A stretch of DNA of 28,493 nucleotides, from contig JAZGDW010000052.1 in NCBI GenBank assembly GCA_036478295.1, forward strand, positions 1 through 28,493, read 5' to 3'. Under the pieces are notes generated by a model. The model was not told the origin of the DNA and did not search any database. It saw only the letters and a list, made by a program, of their open reading frames with translations. The position numbers and the translations under genes are program-made. Below, one piece after another: positions 1-7,324 of this stretch (position 1 is its first letter; each line of letters begins with the position of its first letter). The stretch is from Candidatus Krumholzibacteriia bacterium. Its GTDB lineage: Bacteria; Krumholzibacteriota; Krumholzibacteriia; WVZY01.

Positions 1-897
1 TTCAATACTGTAGTCTCCCATTCCCACCCCGAGTAGCGGGTGCTCCTTGAACACCTCCCAGGAGATGTCCCACAGCACGAGGCGCGTCGCGATGTTCTGG
101 TCGCCGCGTCGCGACAGGGCGTCGAACACGGTGAGCGCGCGCCCGCGGATCTCCGGGTTGCCGGCGGCGAAGGCGACGGCGGCCACCGCCACCGCGACAC
201 CGGCCAGCAGCACCCCCCTGCGCCGGATCAGCACCGTTACCACAGCCAGTCCAGCGATCAGCGCAAGCCACGCGCCGCGGGTCCTGTTGAGAAGCAGGGA
301 GAGAAGCTGCACGAGAAGGCCCACGCCGAGTACTACCACGCGCTTGCGGAAACGGTTTTCCTTGAGCATCACCGACAGATTGACGACGGCGAGCTGGTAG
401 GCGATGCCGGCGAAGGTCATGGTAAAAAGCGTGCTGCTCGGTCGGGCGTTCTGCGAGCCGATGCGAAACAGACCCAGGTCGACGCCGCCACGGTACTGCA
501 CCAGTACGATCAGGGAGGATAGGGTCATCGACCCGAACAGAATCCAGAAAAGCGTTCGGCGGAACGCGTCGGAGACGAGGTTGTACGCTACCAGAAAATA
601 GATTAGAAAAAGCCAATACGATTTCCAGTCTCTCAGCGCGCGCGACAGATCCTCCGACATGAAAACGGCGGGCAGCGCCGAAAGCACAAGAAGCACCGAA
701 GCAAGAAAAAGCGGATCGCGCCCGATCGCGCGGTAACGCTCGCGGACATTCGGGTCCGAAAGGGCGATCAAGCTGGCCAGAAAACCGAGCATGATTGAGA
801 TGTTGGCGCCGGAAATCGAAAACGGGATAAATACGGCGAGGCCGCCGAAGGAAACGACCCACAAAACGTTGGATATCCTGCGGGCGGTAGCGATCAC
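1..897 (-). CDS. O-antigen ligase / Wzy_C family membrane protein (3' end truncated by the window edge; not in the ORF track)
   Basis: Manual translation from GTG at 897 is open to position 1: MIATARRISNVLWVVSFGGLAVFIPFSISGANISIMLGFL...LLLNRTRGAWLALIAG...TRLVLWDISWEVFKEHPLLGVGMGDYSIE. It has multiple TM segments and the (S/T)RGAW, R..LW and HPLLGVG motifs typical of WaaL/Wzy_C proteins. It starts 6 nt after the stop of the upstream gene. Confidence 0.88.
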   Translation of the reverse strand, partial: MIATARRISNVLWVVSFGGLAVFIPFSISGANISIMLGFLASLIALSDPNVRERYRAIGRDPLFLASVLLVLSALPAVFMSEDLSRALRDWKSYWLFLIYFLVAYNLVSDAFRRTLFWILFGSMTLSSLIVLVQYRGGVDLGLFRIGSQNARPSSTLFTMTFAGIAYQLAVVNLSVMLKENRFRKRVVVLGVGLLVQLLSLLLNRTRGAWLALIAGLAVVTVLIRRRGVLLAGVAVAVAAVAFAAGNPEIRGRALTVFDALSRRGDQNIATRLVLWDISWEVFKEHPLLGVGMGDYSIE

Positions 898-903
898 GTC
901 CGC

Positions 904-1830
904 CTAGATACCGATACCGAGCGCGAAGCGGTGCGTATCGCCGAATGCATCCTCATCGTCCAGGTTCGCGTTGTAGTCCAGGCGCAGGCGCCCCAGCCGG
1001 GCGCCCAGGCCAAAATGGAGAACGCTGCGCGTCTCACCCGCCGTTATCGCGGCCAAGCCGGCGCGCAGCGCCAGCACGTCGGAAAAGAGCATGTACTCGC
1101 CGCCTGCGACGAGTCTCGACATCCCCCCGAAACCCGTGACCACGTCGCCTTCGACGGTCAGCGCGTCCGTGGCGTCGTACGCCACTCCGAGCGTGAAAAA
1201 ACGGGGGAGCTGGAAGCTCAGGTTGTCGTCGAAGGATATCTGGGAGAACGCGTTGCGTATGACCGCCGCCACGGTGACGTCGTCCAGGAACGCCATGCGC
1301 ATGCCCGCGTCCAACGAGGTGCCCGACGAGCCGAAGTTGGCGATGTCGCTCGAAGAGAACAACACGCTGAACGCCACGCCCACCGAAACAAAATGCTGGG
1401 GCGCGTAGGCGTAGGCCAGGCGAACGGTGTTTTCAGTATGCGTTTGGCCGCCGGAGAGTTCGAGCGACAGGTTGCCGTAGATGATGCCGGCCGCGTGCTG
1501 CGCGAATTCGAGTCCGGGCGCTTCTGCCGGGCCCCTCTTTATGATCCGCCCGTACGCCAGGTAGGATTGCTGCGCGTCCGTTCCGGGGACCAGGTCGATG
1601 TATGAAAGGCCCACACGGTCGCGGTCGAGCAGGGCGAGCAGTGCCGGGTTCCAGAACGACGAACTCTCGTCCGAACCGAACGCGATGGCCGCCCCACCCA
1701 TTCCCCACGCGCGCGCGCCGTATCCGGGCGCCGAAAAGCTCCCGCCGGCGGCGAATCCCCCGGCCAGCACGGGACCACCGGTCAGCCCCACGAGAGCGCA
1801 ACCGAGCAGTAATGCGTAACGTTGCTTCAC
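904..1830 (-). CDS. PorV/PorQ (UPF0164)-like outer-membrane beta-barrel protein
   Basis: Signal peptide, then the family N-terminal signature GARAWGMGGA.....D.SS.FWNPALL, alternating amphipathic beta-strands and a C-terminal GDTHRFALGIGI strand. GTG start, 308 aa. Confidence 0.8.
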   Translation of the reverse strand: MKQRYALLLGCALVGLTGGPVLAGGFAAGGSFSAPGYGARAWGMGGAAIAFGSDESSSFWNPALLALLDRDRVGLSYIDLVPGTDAQQSYLAYGRIIKRGPAEAPGLEFAQHAAGIIYGNLSLELSGGQTHTENTVRLAYAYAPQHFVSVGVAFSVLFSSSDIANFGSSGTSLDAGMRMAFLDDVTVAAVIRNAFSQISFDDNLSFQLPRFFTLGVAYDATDALTVEGDVVTGFGGMSRLVAGGEYMLFSDVLALRAGLAAITAGETRSVLHFGLGARLGRLRLDYNANLDDEDAFGDTHRFALGIGI

Positions 1831-1842
1831 GGTGTCCGTGTC

Positions 1843-3432
1843 CTAGGGTTGAAACAAAAAGATCTCACGAAAAATCTCCCTGTCGCCGTCCTGGTAGTCC
1901 ACTTTGGCGACGGCGACCAACGGTCCTTTTTCGACAAGGTCATGGTCGCCGTTCAGGCCGTCCCACGATATGGTGACGCTGGTGGATACGATGGCGCTCG
2001 ACAACTCTTCGACCAGGTGTCCGCCGAGATCGTAAATCTTCAAGGTCACGACCAGCGCCCGTTTTGACAAGTTGATTTGAAAACTGTTGTTCGCGACGAA
2101 AGGCTGCGGTATTGACATGCCGGCGACGGCGTCGAACACGACCACAATCTCGTTGGAAAAAGGACTCACGTTGCCCGCCCGGTCGACGGCCTTGGCGCTG
2201 ACCCGGTTGGGGCCGGGGAGCAGTGGTACTTCGTACGGCAGATCGCCACCGGCGGGCAGATTGGGGAATATCGAGTCCAGCAAGTTGCCATTCCAGAAAA
2301 TTCTCATGACATCTGTGTCGTTGCTCACCGGCACCGCCGTGTCCAGGAGGAAGCTCGATGTCCGTGTCGGACTGGGTGGCTGCACCAGTACCGGCGCCGG
2401 CGGCGCCGCGCTGTCCAGGGTGATGGTGAAGGGAAGCACCCGCTCGCGACTCACCCGATCGGTGGCCTTGAACCCCAGTGTGTACGTGCCGTCCGCAGTC
2501 AGCGAGTCGACCAGCTGCACGGCAAAAAACAACGTGTCGAGAACGAGGCGTGTCGATGCCACCGGCTCGAACGCCTCGATGCCGCCCGAGTAGCGCACGA
2601 ACAGCGAATCGATTCCACTGCGGTCCCACGCCCAGCCGAACAGGCTGTCCGGTATCGCCGGAAGATCCTGGTTCGCCTGCAGGTTTGTAATGGTGAGCTC
2701 CGGGCTGTCCATGTCGACATCGATCGTGGTGAACGTGTTCGCCGCCTGGCCGGCCGCGTCGGTCGCCACGACCCGGACTTCATAGAACCCGTCTGTGGTG
2801 GCGCTGCTTCCGTCCCACTGTACCCGCAACGTGCTGGCGACGGGCTGGTCGGTGTTGACCAGGGTCTCGATGGTGGACGCCGCCGGGTCCAGTACCGTAA
2901 TAGTCACGAACACACTGTCCGAAGGGGGTGGATCGGTGACCACGTAGTCCACCTTCAGGGGAGACGGCTGTCCGGGAACATTGGGCGCGAAGGGGGTGCT
3001 GGGCGAAACACCGACGATCATCACCTGAGGTGGGGTGAGGTCGACCGACAGGGTGAGGTACGTGGAATCGGACGCCGCGGCGTTCCGCGCCCGCAGAAAG
3101 ACAAGATAACGATCTTCGGGGACGACCCCACCGCTTGAGAACGTGCCCCGCCACGTCACGCTCGCCGGCGTGGCCTGCGGGTTCAGCTGGATGCCGCCCA
3201 CAAGCGTATCGACGACGGTGACCGAATCCATTGCCAGGATCAACAGATGGACCGTGGCGGTGTCGGACAGCGTATAGGTAATCACCGTCGAGTCGGTAAC
3301 GCCGTCACCGTTGGGAGAGAACGTAAACTTGTCCACTTGCAGGTTGGCGATAATGCCCTGTGACCGGGCGGCCACGGGTGAGCAGACGGTGAGGAACAAC
3401 AAGACCCGTAGAAAAACGCGGCGCCGGCTCAA
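1843..3432 (-). CDS. Secreted multi-Ig protein with repeated FlgD-Ig-like modules and a T9SS CTD-like C-terminal domain
   Basis: Signal peptide (..VAARS|Q). Three FlgD-like modules (FSPNGDGVTD..TWRG, PFAPN..QWDG, PQPF..LKIYDLGGHLV..SWDG) and Big-type linkers (VDLTPP, LDSAAPPAP, AVDRAGN). No catalytic motif seen. The TTG start overlaps the sirtuin stop (TTGA). Confidence 0.78.
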   Translation of the reverse strand: MSRRRVFLRVLLFLTVCSPVAARSQGIIANLQVDKFTFSPNGDGVTDSTVITYTLSDTATVHLLILAMDSVTVVDTLVGGIQLNPQATPASVTWRGTFSSGGVVPEDRYLVFLRARNAAASDSTYLTLSVDLTPPQVMIVGVSPSTPFAPNVPGQPSPLKVDYVVTDPPPSDSVFVTITVLDPAASTIETLVNTDQPVASTLRVQWDGSSATTDGFYEVRVVATDAAGQAANTFTTIDVDMDSPELTITNLQANQDLPAIPDSLFGWAWDRSGIDSLFVRYSGGIEAFEPVASTRLVLDTLFFAVQLVDSLTADGTYTLGFKATDRVSRERVLPFTITLDSAAPPAPVLVQPPSPTRTSSFLLDTAVPVSNDTDVMRIFWNGNLLDSIFPNLPAGGDLPYEVPLLPGPNRVSAKAVDRAGNVSPFSNEIVVVFDAVAGMSIPQPFVANNSFQINLSKRALVVTLKIYDLGGHLVEELSSAIVSTSVTISWDGLNGDHDLVEKGPLVAVAKVDYQDGDREIFREIFLFQP

Positions 3433-4205
3433 GAGCGGGATCCTTCTTTGTTGAGGGACAACTTCAACCGTTCCACCATAGCGGGCAGCATCTCGCCCGC
3501 CGGACCCTGCAGGAACACGTCCGCTTCGCTCGTGATGGGTGTTTGCTCCGGGTTCACTTCGATTACCATGGCGCCGGCTTGCTTAGCGACACCGGGAAAT
3601 CCCGCCGCGGGATGCACCATGCCCGAGGTACCGACCACGAGAATCACCTCGCAGGTCGAAAGGCCGTTGTATGCACGCTCAGCGGCTGCCTCCGGCAACA
3701 TTTCGCCGAACCAGACGACGTCCGGACGGAGATACGAACCGCAGTGGCAGCGCGGCGGCACCTCGTCACCTTGTGGCAGCGTCTCCACGGGGTGATCCAT
3801 GTCGAAACATTTGAAGCGAAAAATATTGCCGTGGATCTCGACGATATTCCTGGACCCCGCCTTGCGGTGCAGGTCGTCGATATTCTGGGTCAGGAGCAGT
3901 ACGTTATCGAGGAGTGATTCGAGCTCGGCAATCGCCTTGTGGCCGGGGTTGGGGTCGGCCTGCGATATCATGCGGCGACGGTCGGCATACCAGCGCCACA
4001 CGAGCGGCGGGTCACTGGCAAAGCCCTCACGCGTCGCCAGCGTCTGCGGATCGTAGTTCGCCCACAAGGCGTTCGGCGCGTCCCGGAACGTGGGAATACC
4101 GCTCTCCTTGGAAATCCCCGCGCCGGTGGATACCACCACCGACCGTGCGCCGGCCAGGGCGCGCACGCATTGTTCCATACTCGAGCTAGGGTCCGGCAAC
4201 GTCAT
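3429..4205 (-). CDS. cobB: NAD-dependent protein deacylase, sirtuin class III (CobB-like)
   Basis: Motifs TGAGISKESGIPTFR, TQNIDDLH, EIHGN, RPDVVWFGE, VGTSGMVHPAA and EVN, plus the YxxR motif (WYADR) of class III sirtuins. SD AAAGAGG lies upstream of ATG 4205. Confidence 0.93.
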   Translation of the reverse strand: MTLPDPSSSMEQCVRALAGARSVVVSTGAGISKESGIPTFRDAPNALWANYDPQTLATREGFASDPPLVWRWYADRRRMISQADPNPGHKAIAELESLLDNVLLLTQNIDDLHRKAGSRNIVEIHGNIFRFKCFDMDHPVETLPQGDEVPPRCHCGSYLRPDVVWFGEMLPEAAAERAYNGLSTCEVILVVGTSGMVHPAAGFPGVAKQAGAMVIEVNPEQTPITSEADVFLQGPAGEMLPAMVERLKLSLNKEGSRS

Positions 4206-5088
4206 GCCTCTTTATTCGTGCCCGTGTCAAAATCGCGAGCGCAATGCCCGCGAGAATCATGCTTCCGCCGATGACAACCCTAAGTGTAACCGTTTCCCCC
4301 AGAAAAATCCAGCCGAGCACACCCGCGATTATCGGAAGCAGAAAGGTCTGATACGACAGCACGGTGACTTCGATATGTTTGATAATCCAGAAATAGAGCC
4401 CGAACGCGATCACGGACCCGAAGACGGCCAGATAAAGGATGCTGAAGATGGTGGTGTAGTTCCAGTCGACGGGACGGTCCCGCTCGAAGAGCAGTCCGCA
4501 CACGGCCAGTATGATCCCGCCGATGAATACGGGAAGGGACATCGCCGCGAACGGATGGTATTCCGTCGCGTACTTTTTGATGGTGACCGTTGAGACGCTC
4601 GTGCACAGGACGCTGCCGAGCACGGCCGTGATGCCGTAGACGCTCTGCGGTCCGCCGAGGGCGACGCTGTCGGAGAAGATGACGTAGACCCCGGCGACGC
4701 CGAGCAGGATACCGGCGACCTTCGCCGGAGAGAGGGATTCGCCGACGAACAAGCGGGCCAGTATGGCGACGAGCAACGGCATCGAACTGAAGAGGATCGC
4801 GGCCAATCCCGACGATATGTACTGCTCTCCCCAGTAGACGAGTCCGTACGCCGCTCCCATCTGTATCGTTCCCAGGAACAAGGACAACCGGTAGAATGCC
4901 GCGGAACGCGGCAGTTTAATGCGTCGCCGGTGCAGAATTACAAAAATCACGAAAGATGCTATGATCAGCCGGATTCCCGCCGCAGTAAAGGGAGGCGCGC
5001 CGGCCAGACCCACCTTGATCATCAGCCAGGTGGAACTCCAGATCAGGCACAGGATGCTGTAGACGACGAGTTTGTATCCGGCGCTCAT
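4186..5088 (-). CDS. EamA/DMT family transporter
   Basis: About 10 TM helices in two repeats; motifs LIWSSTW..IK.GL...PP, YWGEQYISSGLAAIL, YLAVFGSVIAF and LGWIFLGE. SD GAGG upstream. Confidence 0.92.
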   Translation of the reverse strand: MSAGYKLVVYSILCLIWSSTWLMIKVGLAGAPPFTAAGIRLIIASFVIFVILHRRRIKLPRSAAFYRLSLFLGTIQMGAAYGLVYWGEQYISSGLAAILFSSMPLLVAILARLFVGESLSPAKVAGILLGVAGVYVIFSDSVALGGPQSVYGITAVLGSVLCTSVSTVTIKKYATEYHPFAAMSLPVFIGGIILAVCGLLFERDRPVDWNYTTIFSILYLAVFGSVIAFGLYFWIIKHIEVTVLSYQTFLLPIIAGVLGWIFLGETVTLRVVIGGSMILAGIALAILTRARIKRHDVAGP

Positions 5089-5128
5089 TCATGCCTCGGA
5101 ACGGGGACGTTTCAATCAGTAGTCCGGT

Positions 5129-7186
5129 ATGCGAAACCACAACCATAAGCGGATCGTCCTGCGCTGGCAAGATGCCTGTGCGGCGGCCCTTGCCTTGTTG
5201 TTACTCCTGCTGGCTACGTTCGACCCGGAGTCGATGTGGATGTCACGGCAGGTGCGGTACCTGATCGTGGCGGTCGGTGCTGTCCTCGGAGCGGGCGTAG
5301 TCTTGCGCATGATGTTGAGGACCGCGTTCTGCGGTGCGCAAAACGGTGGGCAACCCCGCAAGGCGCTGCTTGTCGCCATGGTGGCGGTGCACCTGGTGGC
5401 GACGCTTATTTTCCTGCCGCCGGGTGATCTGCTGAACGACAAGCCGATCGTTACCCTCGACCACTCGTTTCACCATTATCAGGCCGCGCGTGCAAATCAG
5501 CACTTATTCAGGACGGGACGTCTGGATTTTTACGATCCCTACTTCATGGCCGGTTATCCCAGCGCGATCTTCGATCTGGACATGAAAGCCACCGAGCTGT
5601 TCTGCGCTTTTTTCCCTGCGGGGCAGGTGGCTCGGGCACTGAAAGTTTTTATTCTTCTATGCTACCTGACGCTCGTCCTCTCCGTTTACCTGGGTATGCG
5701 GTACCTGGGGTATTCGGAACGCGAATCCCTACTCGGTCTGATGGTCGCGCTCGTCGTGTGGCACTGGGGGCGGCCATACCTGTCGCATTTCCGCTACGCG
5801 GGGATGTTCAATTACCTTCTTATGAGCCACGGTGCCCTGCTTGTGGCAGGCCTCTTCCAGCGGTTCTGGAACAAGGGATCCGGCGTCGCCCTCTTCGTGC
5901 TCGGTGCCTTGTTGTTTTTCGTCCACCCCACGGCCGTCGTGGTTCTGCCGGTGCCCGTTTGTCTTGTCTTGATCTGTGGCCGGCGGCGGTTCACACCGCG
6001 CAGGGTGTGGCTGCTCTTGTTGTGGTGGATGGTGGTGGTGGCCGTCAACCTCGTATGGATCGTGCCGATGTTCCAGCACCTCGGTGACAAAATGGCCTCG
6101 AGCGCGTACTTCCAGGTACGGGGGCTGGACGCGTCCCTGGACCTCCTGTTTCATCCCAGTTCGCTGCCGGCCGGGGTCATGCTGCTGCTGGCGATAATCG
6201 GTACCATCGCACTGAGCAGGGTGGGGCGGGTGGCGGCCGCGGCGGTGCCAGTGGTGACCGCAATATTCCTGCTGCTGGTTACCGCGTACGGTCTATACAT
6301 CCCCGGACTCCGCCAACTGGAACCCGGTCGGTTTCTGGTGCCGGCGTTGATATTTCTCGTGCCACCGGCGGGTGCCGGACTCGCAAGCGTGCTCGGTGCC
6401 GTGCACCGGGCCGTCGGAGAGCGCGGCGTGTTGCGGTGGAGCGTGCCGGTGGTTCTTGCCGTGACGTTGGTGAGCCCGGTCGTGCTTTCTCTCCTGTCGG
6501 CGAGGACCACGTACCACCATCGCGTGTCCACGTCGGTCACACCGGAAGTTCAGCGGCTGATCGACGTGCTCCGCGAGCACACGAACTCCGGCGGCCGCCT
6601 GATGATCGAGGACGGCCCGGCCCGTCTCTACGGCGGTGTACACCTGCCAGGCATACTGCCGCTGTACACCGGAGTCGAGCAGATCGGCGGGCCATACCCG
6701 TTCACGGTGATCCGGCACCATTTTGCCACCTTCGAGAAGGAGCGAACCATGGGACGGGCGCTTGAGAGGCACGAGGCAAGGGCGTTCAAGCGCTATTTCG
6801 ATCTTTACAATATTCTGTGGATCGTCACCGCAACGCCGGAGGCGGCGGACTTCGTGCGCCGCACCGCGGGGACCGGGCCCGACGCCGGCGCAGCCGACAC
6901 GCCTCTTGTCGACAGGACCTGGCAATCGGGACGCTACACGCTGTGGCGGGTCAATCGCAAGGCGGCGTACACGGACGTTGACGGGCCTGAGGTCACTGCG
7001 GGCATCGACCGCATCGAGATCGCCGGCACCGGGGCAGCGCCTTCGTTCGTGCTCAAATACCACTGGGACAAGCGGTTGTCGGTAACGCCACCTGCGACGA
7101 TGACTGCTGAATTTCGCATGGACGACCCCGTACCCTTCATCAGGATCACCCCGAACGGGGCGGACCGGGTCGTTATCCGCTACTAG
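5129..7186 (+). CDS. Polytopic membrane protein, probable GT-C-fold glycosyltransferase (PTPS-related/YfhO-like)
   Basis: 685 aa with many TM segments. First-loop motif LDHSFHHY...FYDPYFMAGYP, late EPGRF motif and a soluble C-terminal domain ending in an LKYHW-type strand. The exact start is uncertain. Confidence 0.6.
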   Translation: MRNHNHKRIVLRWQDACAAALALLLLLLATFDPESMWMSRQVRYLIVAVGAVLGAGVVLRMMLRTAFCGAQNGGQPRKALLVAMVAVHLVATLIFLPPGDLLNDKPIVTLDHSFHHYQAARANQHLFRTGRLDFYDPYFMAGYPSAIFDLDMKATELFCAFFPAGQVARALKVFILLCYLTLVLSVYLGMRYLGYSERESLLGLMVALVVWHWGRPYLSHFRYAGMFNYLLMSHGALLVAGLFQRFWNKGSGVALFVLGALLFFVHPTAVVVLPVPVCLVLICGRRRFTPRRVWLLLLWWMVVVAVNLVWIVPMFQHLGDKMASSAYFQVRGLDASLDLLFHPSSLPAGVMLLLAIIGTIALSRVGRVAAAAVPVVTAIFLLLVTAYGLYIPGLRQLEPGRFLVPALIFLVPPAGAGLASVLGAVHRAVGERGVLRWSVPVVLAVTLVSPVVLSLLSARTTYHHRVSTSVTPEVQRLIDVLREHTNSGGRLMIEDGPARLYGGVHLPGILPLYTGVEQIGGPYPFTVIRHHFATFEKERTMGRALERHEARAFKRYFDLYNILWIVTATPEAADFVRRTAGTGPDAGAADTPLVDRTWQSGRYTLWRVNRKAAYTDVDGPEVTAGIDRIEIAGTGAAPSFVLKYHWDKRLSVTPPATMTAEFRMDDPVPFIRITPNGADRVVIRY
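5142..5170 (-). promoter_or_regulatory. Putative sigma70 promoter for the leftward DMT-cobB-Ig-PorV-ligase operon
   Basis: Minus strand TTGCCA (5170-5165), 17-nt spacer, TATGGT (5147-5142), about 55 nt upstream of the DMT start. It lies inside the 5' end of the divergent ORF. Confidence 0.5.
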
Positions 7187-7224
7187 ACGTTGCCCGACCT
7201 GCCCCGCGCCAAGCGCAAACCAAA

Positions 7225-7253
7225 TTGACACTTGGCGTATTCTCCGGTAACAT
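7225..7253 (+). promoter_or_regulatory. Putative sigma70 promoter
   Basis: TTGACA (7225-7230), 17-nt spacer, TAACAT (7248-7253) in the intergenic gap upstream of the CDS at 7325. Confidence 0.65.
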
Positions 7254-7324
7254 GAAACTGCCAACGAATACCCTCAACACCAAGGATTCGACGAGAAAAG
7301 ACTGCGAACGAACGAGCCACATCA

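Noticed and set aside
2..862. 286-aa minus-strand ORF from the track, and the plus-strand ORFs at 40-601
   Set aside because: Wrong-frame or antisense shadows of the O-antigen-ligase gene found at 897-1; Arg/Pro-rich with no motifs.
895..906. In-frame TAG between the barrel and ligase genes (possible read-through fusion)
   Set aside because: An outer-membrane barrel needs a free C-terminal strand, and fusion to an inner-membrane protein is implausible. The frame coincidence is 1 in 3.
3429..4205. Sir2 domain as an anti-phage defence NADase
   Set aside because: It is a complete housekeeping class III deacylase with no TIR, HerA, Argonaute or other defence partner nearby.
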